This document shows positions 37,965 through 47,313 of a stretch of 64,000 nucleotides of DNA, in pieces. The stretch is taken from IMG/VR virus record IMGVR_UViG_3300020185_000016. The stretch is one strand, 5' to 3'. Both the position numbers and the translations under genes were made by a program. How positions within the stretch are numbered: the first letter of the stretch is position 1; each line of letters begins with the position of its first letter. The DNA comes from a virus. The notes under the pieces are model-generated. The model saw only the letters and a program-made list of their open reading frames with translations, had not been told where the DNA came from and did no database searches.

Positions 37965-38215
37965 TATTCGGTTTCTTTTTTATCTAAAACTGCATACATG
38001 TCTTTAGCTTTTTCATGAAACCCGCTTAATTTATTTTGCATCCATTCCGGAAATTTTTTATTATTTTGAATATGTTCAGCTACTTCTTTGCCTACATATT
38101 GAATAAATTCTGCTTGTTGCATAGCCATACCGGCTTCATCTGGGGAAGCCGGTTTATCATCTTCTGGCGCTTCTGTAATAATGCGGAATTCTCTTAATTG
38201 GGTAAAGGATTTCAT
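37964..38215 (-). CDS. Putative internal head protein (CTS)
   Basis: MKSFTQLRE..IITE/A; PEWMQNKL. Confidence 0.7.
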   Translation of the reverse strand: MKSFTQLREFRIITEAPEDDKPASPDEAGMAMQQAEFIQYVGKEVAEHIQNNKKFPEWMQNKLSGFHEKAKDMYAVLDKKETE

Positions 38216-38216
38216 T

Positions 38217-41075
38217 TTATTTTACCTTACTCATTGCAAAATCCATCATTTTCATAAACCTGGTTTCGTCTTTGTTAATTGCGTCAGCAAACTTTTTCTT
38301 GTTTGCATCGTTCAACGAGTCATGCACCTTTACCATTGCAGATGCAGTGAACATATCAACTTTTGTCTTTGAACCAGAAGCAAATTTAACAGCTCCGGCC
38401 GACTTTGTGTTTACGATTTTACGAAGATCATCGATAACGCCTTCTGATACAACTTCTACATAATCTTTATTACTAGGTAATTTGCCTTTATTAAGACCAT
38501 TTTTAGCTTTATGTTTATCAAATGTGGGTTTAATACCACGCTTTTTAGCATTCTTTTCAGCTTTATCGATATCAACCATATGCTTAGCATAACCCTTCTT
38601 AAACATTTTAGGGTCAGATTTTTTATGTTCATCGTCATTTTTTGATTGCTTTTTATTACGCCAATCAATAAATTTTTTGCCGGACATTGCTGCGGCCCGA
38701 TCACTGGAGGTATATTTACCGCCAAATAGACCTTTATTATCTTTGTATTTAGCACTGGTACCAGCAGCCTCTTCTAGCGGATTAGTAAAGCTATCGGCCT
38801 TTAAGCGGCCAATAATACGTCCACCCCCATCTGTAACAATAAAATCGCCGTTATCAGCAATACGAGAAGTTGTTCCGGCTTTTGCTCTTTTACCACCAAG
38901 AGCCTTTGTCATTAGGGCCTTTACTGCTCTTTCTTTTACGCCTTCATCAAGTTCAATTTCTTCATTACGTATATTTTTCTGAAATGCTTTGTATTCTTTG
39001 CGGCGGTCTGCGTCTTTATCTAATAAAGAAAGAATTTTTTCACGTGGCTCTGTGTCTAAGTCATCGACAAACTTCTTCAGTTGTGCTGTTTGACCTTTCT
39101 TCATCATCATAGCAGCTTTTATAAAGTCCATCTTATCAATGCCGCCATGTTTACGGGCATAATCTTCAAGTTCTTTTGCAACACGTGACATTGTAGCTTC
39201 ATCAAGATTCGATTCTCTTATTGAGGCTTTGTACAATTCTAAACCTTTAGAATATGCTGGGTTTTTCATCATTCGCTTTGACTCAGCATCATCTGGATTT
39301 TGATGAGCCATGCGAACTGTTGGTTCGTCTAATTTATTGGCTTTCATATGCTTTTTATATGCATCAAACTTTTTAGAATCTACTGCTGGACCAAATCTGT
39401 TTCTCATCGGCGTGGTTGTTTCATTAACAGATTCAGCAAGCTTCCAACCCTTTGCAAGATATTCTTTTTGTTTAGTCTTATCAATAACAATAGTTTTGCC
39501 GGCTTTATCTACAACCATGACTTCGGTTTTAGGATTTTTTAACTGCCGAGCCTCCTCAACAGATTCGGTAAATTCAACTGGAACAAGGATGGATCCTTTA
39601 GACCCACCATTAACCATCATCATTTCATCACCTTTACGAGCAATTTTAAAATCTTTGTGAATTTTTTTAAAGTTAGCTTTTGAAATATAAACTTTATTAT
39701 TTTTTACTTCATAATCGCGATCCCGTAAAACGGCTTCGTCAAGCGATTCAAATTGCATAGTATGTTGGCCACTGCCACGAACCTTTTCGGCTGCGGCTTT
39801 AGATGAATATGGGGCACCTTGATTAACAAATTTGCCACCAGAAAACTTTTGAACCTGAAACCCGGATTTTGCTTTAGCGCCGGCTCTGTTATCAGGGTGG
39901 GCATTCGACAAATCTATAATACGGATTTGACCGGTTTTAGCTTCAGAAATAGCCTCATCGCCCTTATCGGTTTCGCTGTTTATATTTTGTTTAAATTTAT
40001 TCCAATTATAATCGCGGATAATTTTTAAGATTGCATCTCTATTACTAGAACGCTTGTCAATATATTTACCAACAATGACATCAATAGACATTTTGGCTTC
40101 AAGATCTTTAATAATCTTTTTAGCTGGTAATTTAGCTTCATCTACATATTCAATACCTTCTTTCATATCGATAAGACTTGCACCTAAATCGCCAATAGCA
40201 AAGGTAATTTTACCGTCCTTTTTTCTACGTAAGAAAGATTTAACACCACCAGATTTTGCTTGAAGAGTAATTTTTTCTTGTTCGGAAGGCTTACCTTTTA
40301 AAACGGTTGTTTTTGATAAAACTTTATATTCGACAAAATCTCCACCTTTAGATAACGTTGAATCAAATTTAATTTTTACATTATCATTTTTCTTTAACTT
40401 ATCGAAAATAGCAGAATGTTTGTCGGTCATTTCAGTTAATCCTTTAATTTGTGTAATTTCTGTGGTAGCTTCTGCCATTGCAGGCTTTTCAATCATATAC
40501 ATTTGTACAGATTCCGTTGGAACAATTCCACCACTTTTCCATACTTTTGGGGCAATAAGAACTCGCGGTCCTCTTAATTCTTTTACAATATAATCCATTT
40601 TAGCTTCGGCTGGTCCGTCAGCGTATTTCTTTTTTAAACGAACAGTATCACCTTTTTTAATTTCGGTTTTTGCTTCATAAGCTGGGCCACGCTTTGGTGA
40701 TCCTGGATTTGGCTGTTTTAAATTTTTACGAAGTGCTGCAAGATCATTTTTAAGCTTGCTTATCTTAAAAGATTTCATAACATTTGAATTGCCAGATTTT
40801 GTTATAGCATTTTTTGTTAATTGCATAGACTCTTCGGTATTTTCTTTACGTGACATAGATTTATCCATTTTATCGGCCGCGGAATTGAATAGTTTAGTAT
40901 AAGTTTTTTCATTTTCGGCGGCCGAAGGCATTGCCATCATAACATCATCATTAACAAGATCCCAATTAATTGAACCATCTTTATTATAATTAGCCTTATC
41001 TTTTAAAGACTTTTTTATGTGTTTTTCAATATTAGATTTATTAAGAGAAGCCTCTTGCAAATTACGATTTTCCAT
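38217..41075 (-). CDS. 952-aa Lys-rich modular polyprotein, putative prohead-protease substrate
   Basis: GAGG RBS before MENRNLQE/A; repeated hydrophobic-x-E/(A,G,S,T) linkers. Confidence 0.85.
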   Translation of the reverse strand: MENRNLQEASLNKSNIEKHIKKSLKDKANYNKDGSINWDLVNDDVMMAMPSAAENEKTYTKLFNSAADKMDKSMSRKENTEESMQLTKNAITKSGNSNVMKSFKISKLKNDLAALRKNLKQPNPGSPKRGPAYEAKTEIKKGDTVRLKKKYADGPAEAKMDYIVKELRGPRVLIAPKVWKSGGIVPTESVQMYMIEKPAMAEATTEITQIKGLTEMTDKHSAIFDKLKKNDNVKIKFDSTLSKGGDFVEYKVLSKTTVLKGKPSEQEKITLQAKSGGVKSFLRRKKDGKITFAIGDLGASLIDMKEGIEYVDEAKLPAKKIIKDLEAKMSIDVIVGKYIDKRSSNRDAILKIIRDYNWNKFKQNINSETDKGDEAISEAKTGQIRIIDLSNAHPDNRAGAKAKSGFQVQKFSGGKFVNQGAPYSSKAAAEKVRGSGQHTMQFESLDEAVLRDRDYEVKNNKVYISKANFKKIHKDFKIARKGDEMMMVNGGSKGSILVPVEFTESVEEARQLKNPKTEVMVVDKAGKTIVIDKTKQKEYLAKGWKLAESVNETTTPMRNRFGPAVDSKKFDAYKKHMKANKLDEPTVRMAHQNPDDAESKRMMKNPAYSKGLELYKASIRESNLDEATMSRVAKELEDYARKHGGIDKMDFIKAAMMMKKGQTAQLKKFVDDLDTEPREKILSLLDKDADRRKEYKAFQKNIRNEEIELDEGVKERAVKALMTKALGGKRAKAGTTSRIADNGDFIVTDGGGRIIGRLKADSFTNPLEEAAGTSAKYKDNKGLFGGKYTSSDRAAAMSGKKFIDWRNKKQSKNDDEHKKSDPKMFKKGYAKHMVDIDKAEKNAKKRGIKPTFDKHKAKNGLNKGKLPSNKDYVEVVSEGVIDDLRKIVNTKSAGAVKFASGSKTKVDMFTASAMVKVHDSLNDANKKKFADAINKDETRFMKMMDFAMSKVK

Positions 41076-41553
41076 TGTAACCTCTACCGATTGATTTACG
41101 GAATTGTTTAACACCAACTCTATCAGACATGTCTTGGCCCTTTTCACGCTTACGAATAGTTTCTTTTTCTTTTGAAATTTCAGGATTGCCGCGAAGAAGT
41201 TTAGCTGTTGCAGTATTACGAGCCTTATCACTTTTCATTTTAGCTTTTTTTCTATAGCTATCCAATGCGCCTGGACGATCTAGAACTTCATCAATAGTCT
41301 CTTCATTCTTGCCTCTTACTTTATCCGCTAAATCTTTATCGGCTTTGCCCCATGTGCCCGGAGATTTTGTAGTAAACGAATTAACCCTAGCAAATCCCCA
41401 TTGTTCAGGAGTGGTTCCAGGTCTATGACCGGTTTTCCAAGCCGCTACACCGCGGTTATATACACTACGTAAAACACTTAATGGCATTCCAGATTTTTCC
41501 GCTTTATTTTTAAGTGCTTTAGTATTTTCATTAAATTGTTTAAAAGTTTTCAT
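41062..41553 (-). CDS. Putative internal head protein, two modules
   Basis: MKTFKQFNE/N; internal EETIDE/V. Confidence 0.8.
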   Translation of the reverse strand: MKTFKQFNENTKALKNKAEKSGMPLSVLRSVYNRGVAAWKTGHRPGTTPEQWGFARVNSFTTKSPGTWGKADKDLADKVRGKNEETIDEVLDRPGALDSYRKKAKMKSDKARNTATAKLLRGNPEISKEKETIRKREKGQDMSDRVGVKQFRKSIGRGYNGKS

Positions 41554-42752
41554 GGCTTTGTCGATCTATTTGTTGAACGTGTTTGTAAAGTTCGCGCGCG
41601 ATCTCGCATTGCATCAAATTTGATTTTATCTGCTCTTTTTTCTCTATTAATTCTATCATTTACTTTATCAATATAATCAATTTCTTCGTCGGTATCGCCA
41701 AACATTTGTGCAAATCGTTTAGTGTGCTTACTTGGCTTAGTTTTTGCAGTGGCATCGCCTGGTGCTTTTTTATAAGCATCGGGATTATTATCAGCCTTTT
41801 TAGCATTCTTTTTAAAATGTTGGTCTCTAGCAATTTTTGTAGACTTGTTCTTTATTCCAGCAAAATACTTTTTAGGCTGCGCTCCATCACGGTCCGCAAT
41901 ATCGGGATCTTGGGTAGTAGTTGTTTTTTCTTCAATTTTTTCAATTCTATCAAGCCATTGTCTAGATTTTCCGGATGAAGTTTCAACAATTACATAATTT
42001 GGGCCAAGTGTTGCAATAATACCAACCTCGCTTGTTTCAGTAATAATAATTTCTTCGCCTATAGAATACAAATCACCCTTTACATATTGCTCTCTAATAT
42101 CAGAAATAGATTCTAATTGAATGTGACGTTTAAATTCGGTTTCTTCTTTTAATCCCATGCCTTTACGCACATCATTAAAAAGTTTTTTTGCATCAGAATT
42201 ACTCATTGAAGTAGGAAGACCTTCATAAAATTTTGTGAAATTATTCTCTGCGGCAAATTTACGCTGCTTAGTTCCAGACGCACCGTCTGGCCCATCGCTA
42301 TCAGCATCTCGCATACCGGCCGATATTACCTGAACCCCACCATTAAAATTATAAAATCCGTGAGTAGAATCAACTCCATTATATTTATTTAATCTAATTT
42401 TATATTCATCCACTCTATCACTACCAGCTACCATAATAACTTTACGGAAACCCTGATCATAAAGATAAGCTAATGCAAAAAAAGGATTAATAATTTTTTT
42501 ATTAATTAAAATATTGCGGGCATGTTTTGGAAACATTTTTCGCACATGCTTTACCTTGTCCGCATATTTCAAAGGATTATCTTTTTTATCCTGAGATTGA
42601 GATAAAAAGATTTTATACGGCAAACGGCCAGCGGTTTGCGCTAGTTTATTTAATAATTTACCATGACCAACAGTAGGCGGATTTAATCTACCAAAAGTAA
42701 AATATACTATTTGGTCTTCTTCAATAATATATTGTTTAAAAGAATTAACCAT
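41550..42752 (-). CDS. HIGH-family nucleotidyltransferase with CTS and C-terminal modules
   Basis: MVNSFKQYIIEE; FGRLNPPTVGH, GSDR, SGTK.R. Confidence 0.85.
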   Translation of the reverse strand: MVNSFKQYIIEEDQIVYFTFGRLNPPTVGHGKLLNKLAQTAGRLPYKIFLSQSQDKKDNPLKYADKVKHVRKMFPKHARNILINKKIINPFFALAYLYDQGFRKVIMVAGSDRVDEYKIRLNKYNGVDSTHGFYNFNGGVQVISAGMRDADSDGPDGASGTKQRKFAAENNFTKFYEGLPTSMSNSDAKKLFNDVRKGMGLKEETEFKRHIQLESISDIREQYVKGDLYSIGEEIIITETSEVGIIATLGPNYVIVETSSGKSRQWLDRIEKIEEKTTTTQDPDIADRDGAQPKKYFAGIKNKSTKIARDQHFKKNAKKADNNPDAYKKAPGDATAKTKPSKHTKRFAQMFGDTDEEIDYIDKVNDRINREKRADKIKFDAMRDRARTLQTRSTNRSTKP

Positions 42753-43191
42753 TTTTAGATTGTGCCTTATGCTGTTTTCTATCTTTTTCAGCTTGACGCA
42801 TTTTTGGAAGCAATTTTACAGCAATGCGATCTATTCTTGAGCCCATTTTCTCAAGCCGTTTTTCTAATTCCATTTTACGAGCAACTGACATATCACTTTT
42901 CGGAATATCTTTTGTAAGTTTTTTAAGAATAATATTACGGGCTGCTTTACGTGCACGTTTTTTTAACACATCTTTATTGGCAGTACGACGTGCGGCGCGG
43001 TTGCGCCCCATTTTTAATTTAGCTTTATTACGTTTCATACTACGGCCGCGAGCTAATCGCTGTTGAATATTGAGAGCCTCATCTGGGCCACCACTACCGC
43101 CGGTTCTTTTTGTTCTATGTGCTTGATGTTGAACTTCGTCTGGTTCTCCATCACGCATATCTACAACTCTTAGATCTTTAAATCTAATCAT
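42745..43191 (-). CDS. Arg/Lys-rich late protein
   Basis: MIRFKDL; PDE/ALNIQQRLARGR. Confidence 0.8.
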   Translation of the reverse strand: MIRFKDLRVVDMRDGEPDEVQHQAHRTKRTGGSGGPDEALNIQQRLARGRSMKRNKAKLKMGRNRAARRTANKDVLKKRARKAARNIILKKLTKDIPKSDMSVARKMELEKRLEKMGSRIDRIAVKLLPKMRQAEKDRKQHKAQSKNG

Positions 43192-44420
43192 TAACTTCTC
43201 CCTGGCTTATCCCATCCTTTAATAATATCTGGCGAAAAGTTGTTGTATGAAAATTCTAATCTATCAACAATCTTTACAGCGTCACTACCCAGTCTATCAA
43301 TTGCTACATAACCTTCTTGACCCGTTGTTTTAAAACCATTTTTAGTTTTTACAAAAGTCTTTACTTTATTTATCCTATCAAGTATATTTATAAGTTTTAA
43401 TTTCGCTAAGACAATAACTTTCTGCAATTCGAACATAGTTATCAAATTATTTTTATTATTAGCCGAAAAAAATGATAAAATATCATTCAGTTTATCTTGT
43501 TTGCGCCCCTTACCTTTTTCAGTTTTAAGCTTATCCATTTCTTTTTGGAATTTTGCTTCAATAAATTTAATAAGTGCCGTTACTCTTTTGGCTGGATCCG
43601 GGGGCATTTGGCCTGCCCGTACATAAGAATTTGAATGTTGCTCTATTAATTGTGTTAAATCAGTATTAGCTTCTAAGGTGCGTAAAACGCCCCCCGAAAT
43701 TTTATTAAATAATTTTCCAGCTTGAGTTAAATAGTCATTTACTATATCGGAATCAGACTTATTCATAGTAAGATTTGTCATATCACGAAGCATAGCATCT
43801 TGCGACCAAACATTTTTTGATTTTTTAAGACGAGAAACATTAACACCATATGAAGCTTTCATAGTTTCAAATGTATTACCTTTATATGTAGTATGCCAAA
43901 CAATACCAATTTTAGATGCTAAAATTTCTTTTGATGATACTGTATTAGCTGGTACAGCATAAACAATAGTATTTGGATGGAAGGTGATATATTTTTCACC
44001 AGCAATAGTTTCATTACTAAGATCGCCTGGGCCGTATAAAAAATCGCCCTGAATAACTTCAGTAATTCCCAATTCGGGTAAATATTGTAAGGCTTGCTTA
44101 AGCTTTATAGCTAAATCGCCTGAAGTATCTGCATCTACCTCACCTGGAGTTTTATATACTTTTGGATTTTTATTAAAAATACCCTTTTTAGCAACAAAAA
44201 ATTTGCCATCAGCTGGATCAATGCCAGCAAATACTGCTGGTGCTCCATCCCATTTAACAGATATTTTCCCGTCATGTTCGCCCTTTAACATATTACGCAA
44301 TTCGCGCAAAGCCATAATAGCTTGACGAGTACCATTAACACCACCATAAATCACCTTATCTTCAAGGTGTGTCATGTGAGTATTTTTGTTTTCAGCAATG
44401 AAAGATTTAAAGTTTTCCAT
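43191..44420 (-). CDS. CTS-bearing protein with ligase-like nucleotidyltransferase motifs
   Basis: MENFKSFIAE/N; VKWDG, IQGDF, QEGYV, VKIV. Confidence 0.7.
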   Translation of the reverse strand: MENFKSFIAENKNTHMTHLEDKVIYGGVNGTRQAIMALRELRNMLKGEHDGKISVKWDGAPAVFAGIDPADGKFFVAKKGIFNKNPKVYKTPGEVDADTSGDLAIKLKQALQYLPELGITEVIQGDFLYGPGDLSNETIAGEKYITFHPNTIVYAVPANTVSSKEILASKIGIVWHTTYKGNTFETMKASYGVNVSRLKKSKNVWSQDAMLRDMTNLTMNKSDSDIVNDYLTQAGKLFNKISGGVLRTLEANTDLTQLIEQHSNSYVRAGQMPPDPAKRVTALIKFIEAKFQKEMDKLKTEKGKGRKQDKLNDILSFFSANNKNNLITMFELQKVIVLAKLKLINILDRINKVKTFVKTKNGFKTTGQEGYVAIDRLGSDAVKIVDRLEFSYNNFSPDIIKGWDKPGRS

Positions 44421-44452
44421 ATTTTAAATATTATCCGTATTATAATGTATGT

Positions 44453-45241
44453 TTAATTGTTTATTAGTATAAGATCAAAAGAAGCATTTACTTCTGTTTG
44501 TTGAGCAGCAACAGCATCTACACGAATATCACTTTTTTCTGCAAATACTAATGGTATTGGGTATTCAATAAATGTGTTTTGCCCGCCGGCTGCGAAATAT
44601 GTTCCTTTATTTCGGAAAATTCCGCCATCTTGAAAAGTTCTTTGTCTTAGTGTGTATTTCATAGCCGAATTAGTACTAGCCTTTGATGAACCAAATCTTA
44701 ATGAAAGCATATAAGCAGTTTTACCAGCGGGTACTGTATAAATAGCCATTAAGGTTTGAGCTTCATTTGCAGTAATCTGCGCGGCGGTTGTGGCTCCAAT
44801 ACTAATAATAACGTTAGCATCATTATTAATATCAACCATATATGCTCTATAAACTCTAAGAAAAGTTTTTACCCCAGTTGAACCAATAGGAATAGTTTCA
44901 CTTTGATCATTATAATTTTCATCTAATCCTTGAATAAAAACACTCGCACCAGAATTTTGTGTTGAAACAACAGAAATTACAGATGGAACAGTCGGAAATA
45001 CATAAGTACTGCTTCCAGTATTACCGTCCCAAATACTGCCTGCTGTTATATCGCCCGGAGTAGCACCAAATTTATTAATATGATTATAATTAGCAATTAA
45101 ACCGGCTGCAAGTGGAATATTACCAACATTTCCATTGCCGTTAAGTATATTACCATTTTTATCAGCCATCATAATCACTTCATGAATATCATTATTTCCA
45201 GCATGAAGTGGATTTTGTCTACTAACGCTATACTGTGCCAT
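44453..45241 (-). CDS. Putative virion structural protein
   Basis: Beta-rich, low charge, late region. Confidence 0.65.
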   Translation of the reverse strand: MAQYSVSRQNPLHAGNNDIHEVIMMADKNGNILNGNGNVGNIPLAAGLIANYNHINKFGATPGDITAGSIWDGNTGSSTYVFPTVPSVISVVSTQNSGASVFIQGLDENYNDQSETIPIGSTGVKTFLRVYRAYMVDINNDANVIISIGATTAAQITANEAQTLMAIYTVPAGKTAYMLSLRFGSSKASTNSAMKYTLRQRTFQDGGIFRNKGTYFAAGGQNTFIEYPIPLVFAEKSDIRVDAVAAQQTEVNASFDLILINN

Positions 45242-45255
45242 TTATAATTCCCTCT

Positions 45256-46008
45256 TTACATTTTTACCCTAGGTTTAATTGTGCCAGAAGTTATTCTTTC
45301 TAAGATAATATCTTTCTTTTGAACCAGTTTAATTTCAATAAGGTCCCCAAGAGAAAATCCGGCGCCAGTTTTATTAGCTAAAAAAATAATTTTATGATTT
45401 TTAAAATAATTTTTATAACTTAGATCTACAAATTCATCTTCAAGGTCTTTAAGCTGCGCCGGAAATTGTTTTCTTATTATATCAAGTTGTCCGCTATTAA
45501 CTTCGGATCCACTTCCTAATCCAGCATCTTTTTTTAAATCTTGAATCCCGCGAATAATTTCAGCAATAGAAAATGTTCCCCCAATTTTAAAATTATTAAC
45601 ATATTTACCATTAGCCGAATAATCAACAGCTTTAACTTCAAAGCTTCCTGCTGCATCCACAATATCAACTCCGGCCGAAGAGCCTCCACCCAAATGTCCA
45701 TTATTCAAAATAAAATATAGCATAACTTCACCGGGTCCTACCCCTTTAATATTATACTTATATAATGCTTCGAAGTTACGGATATCTATATTCCGTGCAG
45801 TTTTAATTGCTTTTTTAAGAGCTGACGCAGTAATTCGATCTATATGAACATCATTGCTATTATTAAATTTTGGAAAAAAATGTAAATGAAAAAGATGTTG
45901 AATTTCTTTTTTATAAGTCAAAGATTCAAAATCTTTTGCAATTAAATTAAATGAGGTCCGTACCATAGCTCTATTAAGAAACTCGGAATTTAATTGACTA
46001 GTATCCAT
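45256..46008 (-). CDS. Putative PD-(D/E)xK nuclease-like protein
   Basis: GPGE..; GVDIV....FEVKA; TATAAATA at 46040..46047. Confidence 0.55.
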   Translation of the reverse strand: MDTSQLNSEFLNRAMVRTSFNLIAKDFESLTYKKEIQHLFHLHFFPKFNNSNDVHIDRITASALKKAIKTARNIDIRNFEALYKYNIKGVGPGEVMLYFILNNGHLGGGSSAGVDIVDAAGSFEVKAVDYSANGKYVNNFKIGGTFSIAEIIRGIQDLKKDAGLGSGSEVNSGQLDIIRKQFPAQLKDLEDEFVDLSYKNYFKNHKIIFLANKTGAGFSLGDLIEIKLVQKKDIILERITSGTIKPRVKM

Positions 46009-46061
46009 TATTTTTTTCCACTAATAAACTTATTAGTATTATTTATATAAAAAAATATTAT

Positions 46062-46094
46062 AAAGCCCCCAATACTTAATGTGTTGGGGGCTTT
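46062..46094. terminator. Terminator separating early and late blocks
   Basis: AAAGCCCCCAATAC-TTAAT-GTGTTGGGGGCTTT. Confidence 0.85.
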
Positions 46095-46099
46095 TATTT

Positions 46100-46426
46100 T
46101 TAGGTTTTTTCATAAATATAAAGATCAAGTCTTTCTGCAAACTCAAGCGGTATTGAGCAACGCACTCGAGATTTTACAAATCGTACAAGATCAGATTCGC
46201 TAATATATGGATGTTTATTTGCATAATAGTCTTTAACTTTTTCATAGCGATTTTTTGTGCGGCCTTGCAATTTTACATAAAAACGCTGTGTAGCACCATG
46301 ACGAGCTAAATCTTTATTCATAGTAATTACCATGTTACGAATATCTGCAATTCTTTTTGAATCTTCGGCGGTTTTTTCAAAAGTTCCAATATAAGAATCC
46401 GAATATCTTTTATTTACTACTTGCAT
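46100..46426 (-). CDS. Hypothetical early protein
   Basis: YVKLQGR..LDLYIY. Confidence 0.7.
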   Translation of the reverse strand: MQVVNKRYSDSYIGTFEKTAEDSKRIADIRNMVITMNKDLARHGATQRFYVKLQGRTKNRYEKVKDYYANKHPYISESDLVRFVKSRVRCSIPLEFAERLDLYIYEKT

Positions 46427-46593
46427 GATTTCATTACTCCGCTTTTAACTGATGGTACAAACATGTCATAGTATTTTAAGTGAAGCTCTTTTGCACATTC
46501 TTCACTAATATATTCCCAACGCTCAGTTTCCTGAGTTTGCCAATTCATTATTGCTTCTACATACCACATTGCGCTATCCTTATTTGCTTTCAT
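46417..46593 (-). CDS. Hypothetical early protein
   Basis: GAGG RBS before MKANKD. Confidence 0.6.
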   Translation of the reverse strand: MKANKDSAMWYVEAIMNWQTQETERWEYISEECAKELHLKYYDMFVPSVKSGVMKSCK

Positions 46594-46603
46594 TTTATAC
46601 CTC

Positions 46604-46632
46604 TTTATAGCATAGTTTAAAACGAATGTAAA
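46604..46632 (-). promoter_or_regulatory. Early promoter
   Basis: TTTACA-N17-TATAAA. Confidence 0.85.
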
Positions 46633-46698
46633 CCCCCTAAACACAATTAATTAATTAATTTTTAAAAAAACTTATAAAATGCGTTATTTTAGTGGCAT

Positions 46699-46887
46699 TT
46701 ATTGAAATACACCCAATATTCTTAGTTTAACATTCTGAATATGGGTGCACTGTTTGCGAGGGTTCTTTTTACATGAACACGAAAAGCCATTATCATGCAT
46801 AGTAACAATACCTTTGGCATATTGCCATTTAGTACCGACCATCCAATGATTTACAGTATTAATTGAACCTGTTGAAAAAATTGTCAT
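46699..46887 (-). CDS. SWIM-type Zn finger protein
   Basis: FSCSC......CTHI. Confidence 0.75.
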   Translation of the reverse strand: MTIFSTGSINTVNHWMVGTKWQYAKGIVTMHDNGFSCSCKKNPRKQCTHIQNVKLRILGVFQ

Positions 46888-46889
46888 TC

Positions 46890-47060
46890 TTATGCTACAC
46901 CACTTACTACATCTACTGCATATTGAACTTCTTGTTGAAATTCAGTTTCGGTAGCTTCAGAAAAATCAAAACCGGAATACTCCATTTCATCTTGAATGAG
47001 CCGCGCAAAAGCTTGATTACAATCAAGGATAGACATGATTTGTTTTGTATAATAATTCAT
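46890..47060 (-). CDS. Small acidic early protein (56 aa)
   Basis: Hand-translated MNYYTKQIMSILDC... Confidence 0.6.
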   Translation of the reverse strand: MNYYTKQIMSILDCNQAFARLIQDEMEYSGFDFSEATETEFQQEVQYAVDVVSGVA

Positions 47061-47098
47061 AATGATTCTTCCCTTTGCTTCATTTCATTGTATATACA

Positions 47099-47127
47099 TT
47101 TATAACATAAAAGAAAGAAAATGTACA
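47099..47127 (-). promoter_or_regulatory. Early promoter
   Basis: TGTACA-N17-TATAAA. Confidence 0.75.
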
Positions 47128-47155
47128 CACTTTTTTTACTTTTTTATCTTCGTTT

Positions 47156-47313
47156 GAAACTATTTTATACATACGCCCGAGCTAGTATCTCCAATCTCCC
47201 CGCACGGCCTTATTGACATTGCCGCTCTGGTTCGATCGAAACTAACATCCCTTTCGAGATAGTGCTTTTAGCTGATCAACGCCTCTACACAGACGTATGT
47301 ATGAAATAGTTTT
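47156..47313 (-). ncRNA. Putative structured ncRNA, domain B
   Basis: Closing stem of about 22 bp (47156-47178 with 47291-47313), internal GAAA-loop hairpin. Confidence 0.65.

Noticed and set aside
38272-40263. Numerous plus-strand ORFs inside the polyprotein gene
   Set aside because: Ser/Leu/Phe-rich antisense shadows of a Lys/Glu-rich gene.
41076-41231. Longer 1004-aa version of the polyprotein
   Set aside because: Overlaps the upstream gene by 170 nt; the GAGG RBS supports the ATG at 41075.
46632-46670. CtrA boxes (TTAA-N7-TTAA) at early promoters
   Set aside because: TTAA runs are frequent in this AT-rich DNA and their spacing is inconsistent.
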